The notes beneath the pieces were generated by a model. It saw nothing but the letters and a program-made list of their open reading frames with translations, was not told the origin of the DNA and did no database searches. A DNA stretch of 64,000 nt from the IMG/VR virus record IMGVR_UViG_2562617114_000001, positions 1-64,000 of that record. One strand, given 5' to 3'. The translations under genes and the position numbers were made by a program. The DNA is from a virus (lineage: Duplodnaviria > Caudoviricetes). Each line of letters begins with the position of its first letter. The first letter of the stretch is position 1. Below are positions 42,423 through 52,387 of the stretch, piece by piece.

Positions 42423-44388
42423 CCCGGTCGAATGGGGCAAGACCCGCGAATACAAGGAAACGGCCGGGCATCCCGGACCGCGCAACCCCTACAAGACGCC
42501 ATACATGGTGCCGTTCGCCATGCGGGTTCATGCGCGCACTCACAAGCGCGTCGTCATGGTGGTGTCGGCGCAGTCCGGGAAATCGGAAACGTTCCTGGAC
42601 CTGATGGGCGAGCGCCTGGACACGGCGCCGGTGCCGATCATCTACGTCGGCCCCTCGAAGCGATTCATCACCGAGCAGTGGGAGCCCCGCATCCTCGAGC
42701 TGATGACCGAGACGTCGCTTAAGGATCGGGTCGGCGCCAAGAGCCGGCAGACCAAGAGCCGCAAATTCATCAACGGTGTCCCGCTTCGCCTGGCACACGG
42801 GGGCTCGACCGGCGCCATGAAATCCGACCCGTTTGGCATGGCGTTCACTGACGAAGCCGACGAGCTCATGAAGGAGCTCAAGGGGCAGGGTAACCCGATC
42901 GGCCTGATCGATGCGCGCGGCGACACCTACGCAGACTTCGTGCATGCGATCACGTCAACGCCGAGCGAGGGGGTGGCTGAAGTGGAAGTCGACCCTGAAA
43001 GCGGCCTCGAGTTTTGGGGCGAGAGCGATCCGGAAGAGGTCAAGTCGACCGTCTGGCGCCTCTGGATGACCGGCACCCGGTACCATTGGGCGTGGCCTTG
43101 CCCACACTGTGGCGAGTATTTTATCCCGCGCTTCACTTGCCTCGGTTGGGAAAAGCCGAGGGACAAGGACGACAGGGAGCTGCCGTCGACGCCGATCATG
43201 GCGATGCAGACCGCGCACCTGGTTTGTCCGCACGGCTGCGTGATCTTCGAAAACGAGACGGTCACCGTCGAGCCGGCCAACCTGCCGGCGAAGGAATGGA
43301 TGAACGCCCGCGGCGTCTATGTTGCCCCAGGCCAGAAGATCCTCGCAGACGGCACAGTTGAGGGCCCCGTCCCGGAAGCGACAACGGTCAGCTATTGGGT
43401 GTCGGGCTTGTGCTCTCCGTTCGTGCCGTGGGGCGAGCGCGCTCAGCGCTACGTGGAAGCGGTACGATCGGGCAACCCGGGCGACATCGCGGCCGTCAAG
43501 AACCAGGGCTTCGGCGAGCTCTATTCGCCAGGTGGTGGCGCGGTACCGGAGTGGAAGGAAGTCGCCGCGCGGGCCAGCCCGGACTATCGCTGCGACGAGA
43601 TCGCAGAAGGTGTCCGTGTCCTAACGCTCACTGCCGACGTCCAGAAGGACCGGATCTATTACACGATCCGCGGATGGGGAGCGCACGGGACGTCTTGGTT
43701 GGTCAAAGCCGGCGAATTGTACGGGTCGACCGAAGAGCTCGAGGTCTGGAACGACCTGGCAGTGGTCGTCACAGATACCTACGACGGCATCCCGATACGG
43801 CTGGCGCTGGTCGATTCCGGCTTCCGGCCCGGCAAGAAATTCGTCGTTCCAGAGCACCGTGTCTATGCGTTCGCTCGTCGCTTCCCCCAGCTTGTGAGGG
43901 CGACGAAAGGCGCATCGACAACGATGAGAAAGCCGATCAGCACCAACACGATCGACATCAACATCGACGGCAAGGACATCAAGAAGGGCCTCGAGCTGGT
44001 CCGTCTCGACACCGATTACTTCAAGAGCTGGGTGCAGCAGAAGATCCGGTGGCTCGATGACCAACCCGGCTCCTGGTACCTGCCCGAGGATATTTCGGAA
44101 GATTACTGCAAACAGATGGTCTCCGAAGCTCGAGTCCGCGCACCGGGCGGCAAAGTCAAATGGATCATGAAGTCGAAGGCGAACCACTACTTCGACTGTG
44201 AAGCCATGCAGGGCGCAGCGTGCATGCTGCTCAACCTGACGAAACTGAGAGATGGACCGCCGCAGCGTCGGCGCCCCGTCCAAGAGCAACCAGCACCACC
44301 ACAGGAAGCGGCTCGGCCGGCGCAACCCAACAAGGGGGGCAGCCGTCCCTCCAGCTATTGGGGAGGTGCTTCAGACAGGTATTGGTGA
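42316..44388 (+). CDS. Terminase large subunit (gpA family)
   Basis: SAQSGKSE, DEADE, STP, WPCPHCG, TADVQKD, VDSG, NHYFDCE; start uncertain. Confidence 0.95.
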   Translation: MTSSTQSAYASPIVSPKGSQLFARARKILTPRPRTNPVEWGKTREYKETAGHPGPRNPYKTPYMVPFAMRVHARTHKRVVMVVSAQSGKSETFLDLMGERLDTAPVPIIYVGPSKRFITEQWEPRILELMTETSLKDRVGAKSRQTKSRKFINGVPLRLAHGGSTGAMKSDPFGMAFTDEADELMKELKGQGNPIGLIDARGDTYADFVHAITSTPSEGVAEVEVDPESGLEFWGESDPEEVKSTVWRLWMTGTRYHWAWPCPHCGEYFIPRFTCLGWEKPRDKDDRELPSTPIMAMQTAHLVCPHGCVIFENETVTVEPANLPAKEWMNARGVYVAPGQKILADGTVEGPVPEATTVSYWVSGLCSPFVPWGERAQRYVEAVRSGNPGDIAAVKNQGFGELYSPGGGAVPEWKEVAARASPDYRCDEIAEGVRVLTLTADVQKDRIYYTIRGWGAHGTSWLVKAGELYGSTEELEVWNDLAVVVTDTYDGIPIRLALVDSGFRPGKKFVVPEHRVYAFARRFPQLVRATKGASTTMRKPISTNTIDINIDGKDIKKGLELVRLDTDYFKSWVQQKIRWLDDQPGSWYLPEDISEDYCKQMVSEARVRAPGGKVKWIMKSKANHYFDCEAMQGAACMLLNLTKLRDGPPQRRRPVQEQPAPPQEAARPAQPNKGGSRPSSYWGGASDRYW

Positions 44389-44621
44389 TGGCTGACGAGA
44401 TCCCCATCGACGGACTGACCACGGAGGAGAGGCAGGCTTTCCTGAAAGATTTGAAGGAAGCCTTCTACTCCGGCACCCATCGCGTCCGCTTCCGTGAGCG
44501 CGATGTCACCTACCGCAAGCTCACGGAGATGAAGCAGATCATCGACGAGCTCGAGGCATCCCTGAAACCGAACCGCCGGCCACGCGCCGCCGTCTTCACA
44601 ACGTTCGGTCGGGGGTACTGA
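44388..44621 (+). CDS. Head-tail joining protein (gpW-like)
   Basis: LKEAFYSG..RVRF.ERDVTYR...EM; between terL and portal. Confidence 0.85.
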   Translation: MADEIPIDGLTTEERQAFLKDLKEAFYSGTHRVRFRERDVTYRKLTEMKQIIDELEASLKPNRRPRAAVFTTFGRGY

Positions 44622-46189
44622 TGGTTTCCAACTTCCTCGACAGAACGATCGGCTTCTTCAGCCCTGAGAAGGGAGCGAAGCGGGTCGCGGCACGGAAGCG
44701 GATGGAGCTGCTGGATGGGATACGGGCTTACGAGGGCGCGTCGAATGGGCGGCTGGCTCAAAACTGGCTTGCGCCTCGCGGGGATGCAAACGGCGAAATT
44801 TCGCGGGCGGGTGCAACGCTCCGGGATCGATCGCGCGATGCTGTCCGCAATCATCCGCTCGCGGCAAAGATCGTAACCATCCACGCCAACAACTTCGTCG
44901 GCTTCGGCATCACGCCGCAGTTCAAGACCGGCGATCCGGATCGTGACAAGAAGCTCACCGAGCTCTTCGACGAATGGTCGAAGGTTTGCCATGTGGATGG
45001 ATCGACTGACTTCTACGGCCTGACCTATCTCCTCGCACGCATGATGGTGCAGGACGGCGAACTCTACATCCGTAAGCGGACCCGGCTCATGTCGGATGGG
45101 CTGCCGGTACCGCTCCAGCTGCAGGTGCTCGATAGCGAGTTCTGCGACTGGTCCAAGAGCATCACGCTCGAGGGTAACCGGATCATCAACGGCATCGAGT
45201 ACGACGCGATCGGCCGGCGCCGCGGATACTGGCTCTACCCGCAGAATCCCCTGGGCAGTTACTCGTTTGGCGGCACGGTGGCCGTCAGCGGCTTCGTGCC
45301 GGCGACGGATGTGGCTCACATTTTCGAGCCGCAGACGAACCAGATCCACGGTGTGCCTTGGCTGGCGCCGATCCTGACCGAGCTAAAGGATCTCAGGGAC
45401 TACGAGCTTGCGGAGAACATCCGCAAGAAAGTGGAAGCCTGCTCCGTCGGCACAGTCGTTCTAGGCGACACCGAGAACGATGACGACCCGAACGTCGGCA
45501 TCACCGTCCCCGACCCGCCTGGCGAGGGCAAGGTCGAGCCGGCGGTTACGGACGTCTACGGCAATCCGATGGAACGGATGGAGCCGGGGATGTTCCACAT
45601 TCTGACGGGCGGCAAGGACATCAAGTTCAACACCCCGGCGATCTCGGCGGGCATGGAAGCGTATCTCCGCACTCGCCACCGCAGCATCGCGGCCGGCGCG
45701 CGGGTGACCTACGAGCTCATGACCGGCGATTTTAGCCAGGCCAATTTCGCATCGGGCAAGCTCGGCTTGCTCGAGTATCAGCGGTTCGTCGGGCATGTGC
45801 AGTGGCACATTCTGATTCCGCAGGCACTCGACAAGATCGGCGCTTGGTTCATCGAAGCCGCAAAGCTGGCCGGAAAGCTTCCTGCGAACGTGGCGGTGAA
45901 GATCGAATGGACGCCGCCCGAAGTCGAAAGCATCACCCGTCTCGACGACGCGCGCGCAGATCTCCTCGAGGTCCGCATGGGCAAGCGCTCCATGCCCGAG
46001 ATCATCGCCAAGACCGGACGCGATCCAGCGACCGTGCTCAAGGAGACAGACGAGTGGAGCGCCAAGGTCGATGCGACCGCCACCAAGCTCATCCTCGATT
46101 CCGATCCGCGCAAGGTCACCATCCAGGGCCAATTGCAGATGACGAAACAGGATGGCGACAACGGAGAAACCGATGCCCCAAGCTCTTAG
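44621..46189 (+). CDS. Portal protein (lambda family)
   Basis: YEGAS.GR..W, LRDRSRDAVRN, RGVPW-like HGVPWLAP, TGDFSQANFAS. Confidence 0.95.
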   Translation: MVSNFLDRTIGFFSPEKGAKRVAARKRMELLDGIRAYEGASNGRLAQNWLAPRGDANGEISRAGATLRDRSRDAVRNHPLAAKIVTIHANNFVGFGITPQFKTGDPDRDKKLTELFDEWSKVCHVDGSTDFYGLTYLLARMMVQDGELYIRKRTRLMSDGLPVPLQLQVLDSEFCDWSKSITLEGNRIINGIEYDAIGRRRGYWLYPQNPLGSYSFGGTVAVSGFVPATDVAHIFEPQTNQIHGVPWLAPILTELKDLRDYELAENIRKKVEACSVGTVVLGDTENDDDPNVGITVPDPPGEGKVEPAVTDVYGNPMERMEPGMFHILTGGKDIKFNTPAISAGMEAYLRTRHRSIAAGARVTYELMTGDFSQANFASGKLGLLEYQRFVGHVQWHILIPQALDKIGAWFIEAAKLAGKLPANVAVKIEWTPPEVESITRLDDARADLLEVRMGKRSMPEIIAKTGRDPATVLKETDEWSAKVDATATKLILDSDPRKVTIQGQLQMTKQDGDNGETDAPSS

Positions 46190-48365
46190 AGAGGCAATCG
46201 AGAAAGAAATCCGCATCCCGAAGAGCTTCGGCGAGGTCGAGGTGCGGGCCGACACCTTCAACGAGAACGATCGCACAGTCGAGGTTTGCTGGTCTACCGG
46301 CGCCAAGGTGAAGCGATATTCCTGGGATGAAGGCTACTACATGGAAGAGCTGCAGGTGGACAAGAAAGCTGTCCGCCTCGATCGGTTCAGCGCGATGTCG
46401 TTGCTCGACACGCACGACAACTACTCCATGGATTCGAGGCTGGGCACTGTCGTCCCAGGCTCGGTTCGCTTCGAGAACGGCAAGGCTTACGCGCGCATCA
46501 AGTTCTCGAGGAAGCAGCGCGCCGAAGAGATCATGCAGGACATCCGCGACGGACATCCCCTGCCGATCTCGGTTGGCTACAAAATCCACCGGTATGAGAA
46601 GACCGAAGGCGCAGACGGGCAGCTGCCTGTGCTGAGGGCGATCGATTGGGAGCCGCTCGAATTGTCGGCGGTACCGATCCCGGCGGACGCCGGAGCAATC
46701 TCCAGATCCGAGCCGGACGGCAAGGACTTCGAAACCGTCCTGGTCCGGCAGGACTCACCCCACGCGGCCGTGCCCGCAACTACGAAGGAAAGACCCATGA
46801 ATAAGCGCGAAGCCGCGAAGCAGTACAAGGGTGATCAGCTGGACGCCCTTGCCATTGGTGCAGGTATCTCCCGCAAGGAAAACGAGACTGACGAAGCCCT
46901 GCGCGCTCGCCTGCTCGATGCCTTCGACAAGGAAGACCGCGCCGCCGACGAGGCCGAAAAGGCTCGCAAGGCTGCTGAAGAAACCGCTCGCCGTGCCGCT
47001 GAAGAAGAAATCCAGCGCCGCGCAACCGGTCAGCAGCACCAGCAGCAGCCCACCGGTCTGACCGAGCAGCAGGCGCAGCAGCGTGCGGACGAGGCTGTCG
47101 CCGCCGAAGTCAAGCGCCGCTCCGACATTGAGGGCTTCGCTAAGATCTCCGGCCTGAAGTCCGACGACGAGCTCGTCCGCAAGGCGATCGACGACCGCCA
47201 CACGATGGAGCAGTTCCGGAACGCGGTCCTCGACAAGATGATCGCCGACCAGGCGCGCTCCCCGACCTTCCCGCACAGCGAGAGCCGTGGGATGGATGCG
47301 CAGGACACAATGCGCCGCATGGTCACCAACGCCATCCTCCATCAGCTCGGCGTCGAGTCGAAGCTCGAGGACGGCGCCCGCGAATGGCGCTCGATGGGCG
47401 CGATGGAGATGGCCCGGGAACTGCTGGCTGCACGCGGCCAGAGCACCCGTGGCGGCGTCCACCAGATCGCCGAGCGCTCGCTGCACACAACGAGCGACTT
47501 CCCGATCATCCTGCAGTCGGTCGTCCGTGCGGTTCTCCTGTCCCGCTACACCGGCTACGAGAACACGTTCCAGCTCTTTGCCTCGCGCGAAGTGCTGCCG
47601 GACTATCGTGAAGCCAAGGTGCTCGATATCGGCGCGGCGCCCGACCTGAAGCTGAAGAACGAGCACGGTGAGTTCGTGTCCGGCACGCTCCGCGAAAGCG
47701 AAGAAGCCATGAAGCTGCAGCGCTACGGTCGCGCGATCGGCTTCACCCACGAAATGCTCGTGAACGACCAGCTCGGTCAGTTCATGAAGGTGGTCGGCCA
47801 GTGGGGCGAGAAGGTCGCCAAGCTGGAAGGCGACGTCATGTGGGGCGCCATCATCAACAACCTGGTAATGAAGGATGGCTTTGGCCTCTTCCATGCCAAC
47901 CATAAGAACCTTGCCGCCAGCGGTACGGCTCTCGACATCGCCAACCTGAAGAAGGCCCGCACGGCGATGCGCGGTCAGAAGGACATCGACGGCGGTATCA
48001 TCAACCTCAACCCGAAGTATCTGTTCACCGGCTCGAACCTCGAGCTCGATGCGCAGACGCTGGTTGCGGCTCCGTACAACCCGGTCGTCGCCGGCGAAGT
48101 CACCCCGCAGGCGATCAAGTCGCTGGTTCCGGTCTACGAGCCGCGCCTCGACCTGATCACCAAGAACGCATGGTTCCTGTTCTCCGACTCCGCTTCGGAT
48201 CGCGGCCTGCACTACCTGCACCTGCTGGGTTACGAGCAGCCGACCACGAACGAGCAGATCGGTTTCCGCATCGAAGGCGTGGAGTTCACCATCGCGCATT
48301 CGTTCGGCGTCGGCCTGACAGACTACCGGTTCGCCTACAAGAACCCTGGCGTCGATCCAACCTGA
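46152..48365 (+). CDS. Prohead protease-major capsid fusion
   Basis: N-terminal LLDTH..LG.V..ISVGY..WEPLELSAVPIPAD protease; C-terminal HTTSDFP..YGRAIGFT capsid domain. Confidence 0.93.
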   Translation: MATTEKPMPQALREAIEKEIRIPKSFGEVEVRADTFNENDRTVEVCWSTGAKVKRYSWDEGYYMEELQVDKKAVRLDRFSAMSLLDTHDNYSMDSRLGTVVPGSVRFENGKAYARIKFSRKQRAEEIMQDIRDGHPLPISVGYKIHRYEKTEGADGQLPVLRAIDWEPLELSAVPIPADAGAISRSEPDGKDFETVLVRQDSPHAAVPATTKERPMNKREAAKQYKGDQLDALAIGAGISRKENETDEALRARLLDAFDKEDRAADEAEKARKAAEETARRAAEEEIQRRATGQQHQQQPTGLTEQQAQQRADEAVAAEVKRRSDIEGFAKISGLKSDDELVRKAIDDRHTMEQFRNAVLDKMIADQARSPTFPHSESRGMDAQDTMRRMVTNAILHQLGVESKLEDGAREWRSMGAMEMARELLAARGQSTRGGVHQIAERSLHTTSDFPIILQSVVRAVLLSRYTGYENTFQLFASREVLPDYREAKVLDIGAAPDLKLKNEHGEFVSGTLRESEEAMKLQRYGRAIGFTHEMLVNDQLGQFMKVVGQWGEKVAKLEGDVMWGAIINNLVMKDGFGLFHANHKNLAASGTALDIANLKKARTAMRGQKDIDGGIINLNPKYLFTGSNLELDAQTLVAAPYNPVVAGEVTPQAIKSLVPVYEPRLDLITKNAWFLFSDSASDRGLHYLHLLGYEQPTTNEQIGFRIEGVEFTIAHSFGVGLTDYRFAYKNPGVDPT

Positions 48366-48385
48366 TCGGGATCACCTGACCCACT

Positions 48386-48419
48386 AGGCGCCGATTAAAC
48401 CCGGCGCCTTTTCCTTTTT
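48386..48419 (+). terminator. Terminator after capsid gene
   Basis: GGCGCCG-ATTAAACC-CGGCGCC-TTTTCCTTTTT. Confidence 0.7.
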
Positions 48420-48440
48420 GCAAACACGGGAGAACCCCAC

Positions 48441-48773
48441 ATGCGCAATTTCATTCAGCCGGGCAAGGTGATCACCGCAGTGGCGCCGTCTGGCGGCGTC
48501 GTCAGCGGCGGCTTCTACAAGATCGGTGCCTTTTTCGGTATCGCCACCACGACCAAGGCGGTTGGCGAGAACTTCGAGCTCGACATCAGCGGCGGCGTCT
48601 ACGAGCTGCCGAAGACCTCGGCCGAAGGCTGGGCGTTCGGCGACACGATCTACGCCACCTCCGGCGGTCTCATGACCACGGTCAGCTCCGGCAACACCAA
48701 GGTGGGTACGGCCGCTGCTATCGCCGCCAACCCCTCCGGCTCCGGCCTGGTGAAGCTCAACAACAACTTCTAA
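48441..48773 (+). CDS. DUF2190-type capsid decoration/cement protein
   Basis: MRNFIQPGKVIT..GGVVSG..GVYELPK. Confidence 0.88.
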   Translation: MRNFIQPGKVITAVAPSGGVVSGGFYKIGAFFGIATTTKAVGENFELDISGGVYELPKTSAEGWAFGDTIYATSGGLMTTVSSGNTKVGTAAAIAANPSGSGLVKLNNNF

Positions 48774-48827
48774 TCGCCTGACGGCGGCCTTCGCCGGCTG
48801 CCGCAACTCCCACAAGGAAACGCGATC

Positions 48828-49094
48828 ATGACGACCAAGAAGACCACCGCCAAGGCCGACCTCTCGAAGAGCTACGTGGCCGCACTCGACACCATCTTCG
48901 AAGGCAGCCCGGTTCGTGAGGGTGTCCCCGTCAGCGTGAGGGGTATGGCCGAAGAGCGCGTCCAGGAATACCTCGACGCCGGCCTGATCGAGCTCCCGGA
49001 CGAGCCGTCGAAGGAGGCCGTGGAAACGAGCAAGCAGCTCTCGGAAGAAGCCGCAAAGATCGACACCTCCGGTGACAAGCGCACCGAAAAGTAG
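48828..49094 (+). CDS. Hypothetical head-region protein
   Basis: AAGGA RBS; position in head operon. Confidence 0.7.
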   Translation: MTTKKTTAKADLSKSYVAALDTIFEGSPVREGVPVSVRGMAEERVQEYLDAGLIELPDEPSKEAVETSKQLSEEAAKIDTSGDKRTEK

Positions 49095-49103
49095 GGGCAG
49101 GCA

Positions 49104-49526
49104 ATGGCACTCTTCAACCGCCTGGACAAATTGACGAGCCGGGCGGTTGATACCGTCAACGCCACCCGCTTCGTGCTCACGCCGATGACGAGCACGCCGA
49201 ACGGTCGCACCCAACGCGACGCCAATCGGCAGATTATCGATGGCCGCGGCATCTTCGACTATGCCGAGATGGAATATGGCGTGCAGCTCGGCGTGCGCAA
49301 ATCTTACCGAGAGGGCAATGACCTTCGGTCCGTCCAGTCTGGACGAGATCCGCAGCTGTCGGTTGACCGCAAATATTTCGGAAGCTTGTCCGAGGAGGCG
49401 CTGCAGGGCGACATCGTCAAGTTCCCGGATGACCCCCACCTTCCAGATTTTCAGGTGACGAAGGCGCAGCGTGACGGGTTGACCCGCATAAAGCTCGACC
49501 TCGTCCAAATAGGAGGACAGGCATGA
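49104..49526 (+). CDS. Head-tail adaptor/closure protein
   Basis: LQGDIV..FQVT..QRDG; position. Confidence 0.7.
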   Translation: MALFNRLDKLTSRAVDTVNATRFVLTPMTSTPNGRTQRDANRQIIDGRGIFDYAEMEYGVQLGVRKSYREGNDLRSVQSGRDPQLSVDRKYFGSLSEEALQGDIVKFPDDPHLPDFQVTKAQRDGLTRIKLDLVQIGGQA

Positions 49527-50287
49527 GCCTGAACCGCTTGGTAGCGCGGCTCTCCGTCGTGTCCGCCCTGAACAATTACCTCACGGCGCCCTGGCCGACG
49601 CTGGCCGGCCCGAACATCTTCGACTCCAAGATCGAGCCGGTCGAGGATATGAAGCTGGACCGCGCGTTCCCGTGTGCCGTTGTCTACACCGACTACGACA
49701 AAGACCATTGGGCGAAAGCTGACAGCGATCGCAAGCACCGCCTCATGACGGTCACCATCGAACTGCTGATCGTTCAAGTGGCGGAGCAGATCGAGACAGA
49801 AGGTCAGCCGACTCGCTATCAGCTCGAGACGCCGACCACGGACAGCGAGATCGAAACCTCGCTCGACATATTCGAGGTGCAGATCTTCCGCGCGCTCAAC
49901 GCCGGCAACGTGGCGAGCGACTGCTTCAACTATCTGTGCACGTCCTACGACAACGTGATCAGCCGCCGCGGTGCATCGATCGAGGGCGGCCAGCGCCTAG
50001 CAGCGCGCCAGCTCACGCTCGAAATGAAGACGCCGCGGGACAATATCAAAGGGGTCATCCCGGAGCAGATCGAGGCATTCCTCAACAAGCTGGAGGAGCA
50101 CGCGGACTACGGCGACCGCGTCGACAACATCCGCGCCATGTTCACCGCTACCGCTACCGAGACGGCGGGGGAGAAGGCACGGAAGGCTTACGGCTATTCG
50201 ACGGATGTCGGCAGGATGCTCGGCTACGAGCCCGGGCCGGAGGTGCTCCTGCCGGCGAACCTGACCTTCCAGCTCAAGGGAGGATGA
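49523..50287 (+). CDS. Tail terminator/completion-like protein
   Basis: FPCAVVYTD motif; position. Confidence 0.6.
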   Translation: MSLNRLVARLSVVSALNNYLTAPWPTLAGPNIFDSKIEPVEDMKLDRAFPCAVVYTDYDKDHWAKADSDRKHRLMTVTIELLIVQVAEQIETEGQPTRYQLETPTTDSEIETSLDIFEVQIFRALNAGNVASDCFNYLCTSYDNVISRRGASIEGGQRLAARQLTLEMKTPRDNIKGVIPEQIEAFLNKLEEHADYGDRVDNIRAMFTATATETAGEKARKAYGYSTDVGRMLGYEPGPEVLLPANLTFQLKGG

Positions 50288-50291
50288 AGGC

Positions 50292-50852
50292 ATGAGCTAC
50301 GAGGTGGTCTTCCGCCGACTGCTGGACCGCATTGAGCTCCTCGAGCGCACCCTTCAGCGTGTCCAGACCCGTCAGAACAGCATGTTCCGTGAGGGCGTTG
50401 TCACGTCGGTCGATGCTGAGAACTATACCGCGATTGTCGATGCGCACGGGATTGAGAGCAAGCCCGTCCCTTGGCTGCAGCAGGCAGGCGAGATCAACGA
50501 ATGGACTCCGCCATCAAAAGGGCAGCGGGTCGTTCTGGTTTCACCCGGCGGCGACATGGGGAAGGCGTTCATTCTCCCCGGGGGCTTTACTGATGAGGTG
50601 AAGCAACCGCATGACAAGGGAGCCGAAAAGCGTGTGAAGATCGGTGGATGCGTGCTCACGCAGTCAGCCTCGGGTCTGATCCTCGAGGTCGACGGCACGA
50701 AATTCGAGTTCACTGCCGGAGGTTTTAAGCAGACCAACGGCGACCAGATCCACCATGGCGGCAAGCAAGAGCACGACGGCCAGAACGTCGGCAAGACACA
50801 CGTTCATGGCGGCATCGTTCGCGGCGTCGCGGACACCGACCCACCCCACTAA
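50292..50852 (+). CDS. Baseplate spike (P2 gpV-like)
   Basis: VPWLQQAG..WTPPSKGQRVVLVSPGGD; C-terminal HVH iron motif. Confidence 0.92.
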   Translation: MSYEVVFRRLLDRIELLERTLQRVQTRQNSMFREGVVTSVDAENYTAIVDAHGIESKPVPWLQQAGEINEWTPPSKGQRVVLVSPGGDMGKAFILPGGFTDEVKQPHDKGAEKRVKIGGCVLTQSASGLILEVDGTKFEFTAGGFKQTNGDQIHHGGKQEHDGQNVGKTHVHGGIVRGVADTDPPH

Positions 50853-50862
50853 GGAGACGACC

Positions 50863-51066
50863 ATGAAGACCACCTATTTCGCGACCGCCGAAGGTCACAT
50901 CCTGGGCAGCTGGCGGAACGCGGGCGATTCCGTCGGCGAACTGACTGAGCGCGAGGCGAAGTATCTGGAGATGCACGGCACAATCGCCAGGACGAAGCTT
51001 GAAACCAAGGGCAAACCGCCCGCCCTGGAACCTGACGCGGCAGTGATCGAGCGGAAGACGCGATAA
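50863..51066 (+). CDS. Hypothetical protein
   Basis: AAGGAG RBS; LTEREAKYL. Confidence 0.7.
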   Translation: MKTTYFATAEGHILGSWRNAGDSVGELTEREAKYLEMHGTIARTKLETKGKPPALEPDAAVIERKTR

Positions 51067-51482
51067 TGGCTCGGGTCGGGCTCGACGCCACAACCGGTCG
51101 CCTGCTTTACGGGTGGGACCACTGCGTTCAGAGCATCACCAAGATCCTGACCACTGAACTGCGCGAGCGGGTGCAGAGGCGGAGCTTTGGCTCCGTCCTG
51201 CCAAGAATGATCGACCGTCCGCAGAACCAGGAGACGGTCATCGACATCTATATGGCCGTTGCTGAATCGCTCGAGCCACGCGTCGTCGAAGGCCACCAAA
51301 TGGGCGAGCCAGGCTTCGTGCTTTTGAGGACCAGCCTGGATGCTAATGAGGCCGGTCATCTCCTCATGCTCGTCAGCGGCGTGTTTTTCGAGAACGGCCA
51401 CCTTGGCGACTATAGCAACCCTGCCGCTCGTGAAATCTCCTTCGTGGTCACACAGGACAGTTTGGAGATCGCCGCGGCCTAA
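51066..51482 (+). CDS. Baseplate wedge protein (gpW/gp25-like)
   Basis: HCVQSITKILTT..ERVQRRSFGS. Confidence 0.9.
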   Translation: MARVGLDATTGRLLYGWDHCVQSITKILTTELRERVQRRSFGSVLPRMIDRPQNQETVIDIYMAVAESLEPRVVEGHQMGEPGFVLLRTSLDANEAGHLLMLVSGVFFENGHLGDYSNPAAREISFVVTQDSLEIAAA

Positions 51483-51499
51483 GCTCGAAAGGAAGGGCG

Positions 51500-52387
51500 T
51501 TGTCCACTTCGGCGATCGACATAACCAAATTGCCAGCGCCGAGAGTAATCGAAGAGCTGAACTACGAGGCCTATCGAACTCGCGGCATTCAGGAATTCGT
51601 CGCCGTGTGGGAGACCGTTCGTGCGGAGAATCCCTCTCTCGGGCTACCATCTTACACGGTTGACGCGCTGGAGACCGACCCCTTCGTCATCCTCAATGAG
51701 GCCGAAAGTTATCGCGAGACGCTTCTGAGGGCTCGCGTCAACGCGGCGCTTCGAGCAACTCTTTTGGCGTTTGCCAAGGGTAGCGACCTAGATCATCTCG
51801 CCGCCTTCTATGACGTTTCACGAATGATCGGGGAGCTTGACGACAGGTTGGTTGACCGCGTCATACTGGCCATCCAGGGCAGATCGACCGGCGGTACTGA
51901 GCCACGTTACAAATTCATCGCCATGTCGGCGGATATCCGCGTCCAAGACGCCATTGTCTATACTGTCGGCCGTAGCCCGCTCATTCACGTCGCCGTTTTT
52001 TCCACTGCTCCAGACGGCGTGGCGTCCGCGGATCTGTTGGAGATCGTCAACGCGGCCCTTCAGGACCCAGCAGTTCGAATGGTCAACGACACCATCGTAG
52101 TCGCCTCGGCAGTGAAGCAAGTCATCGACGTCGTCGTGGATGCCTGGCTGTTGCCAGACGCCGACGTCGCAACCTTGGACCGGGCTGCCGACAACCTCCG
52201 GGCAGCTTGGTCATCCGCTCGGTCGCTCGGCCGCGACTTCACCACCAGCTGGTGGATGGCGCAGCTCATGATCGCGGGAATTCACAGGGTGAAGCCAATC
52301 GCACCGTCTGCCGACGTGGTTGTCGTGCCGTCAGAGTCAATTTCGATCGGAACGATCACCCTTAACAACAGAGGAAGGGCTTACTGA
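51500..52387 (+). CDS. Baseplate J-like protein
   Basis: IDITKLPAP.VIEELNYE, AKGSDLDHLAA. Confidence 0.92.
   Translation: MSTSAIDITKLPAPRVIEELNYEAYRTRGIQEFVAVWETVRAENPSLGLPSYTVDALETDPFVILNEAESYRETLLRARVNAALRATLLAFAKGSDLDHLAAFYDVSRMIGELDDRLVDRVILAIQGRSTGGTEPRYKFIAMSADIRVQDAIVYTVGRSPLIHVAVFSTAPDGVASADLLEIVNAALQDPAVRMVNDTIVVASAVKQVIDVVVDAWLLPDADVATLDRAADNLRAAWSSARSLGRDFTTSWWMAQLMIAGIHRVKPIAPSADVVVVPSESISIGTITLNNRGRAY

Noticed and set aside
46755-48299. Long antisense ORFs (e.g. 514 aa opposite capsid, 381 aa at 34469, 363 aa at 32609, 331 aa at 62845)
   Set aside because: Shadow frames of high-GC genes whose sense strand has clear family motifs.
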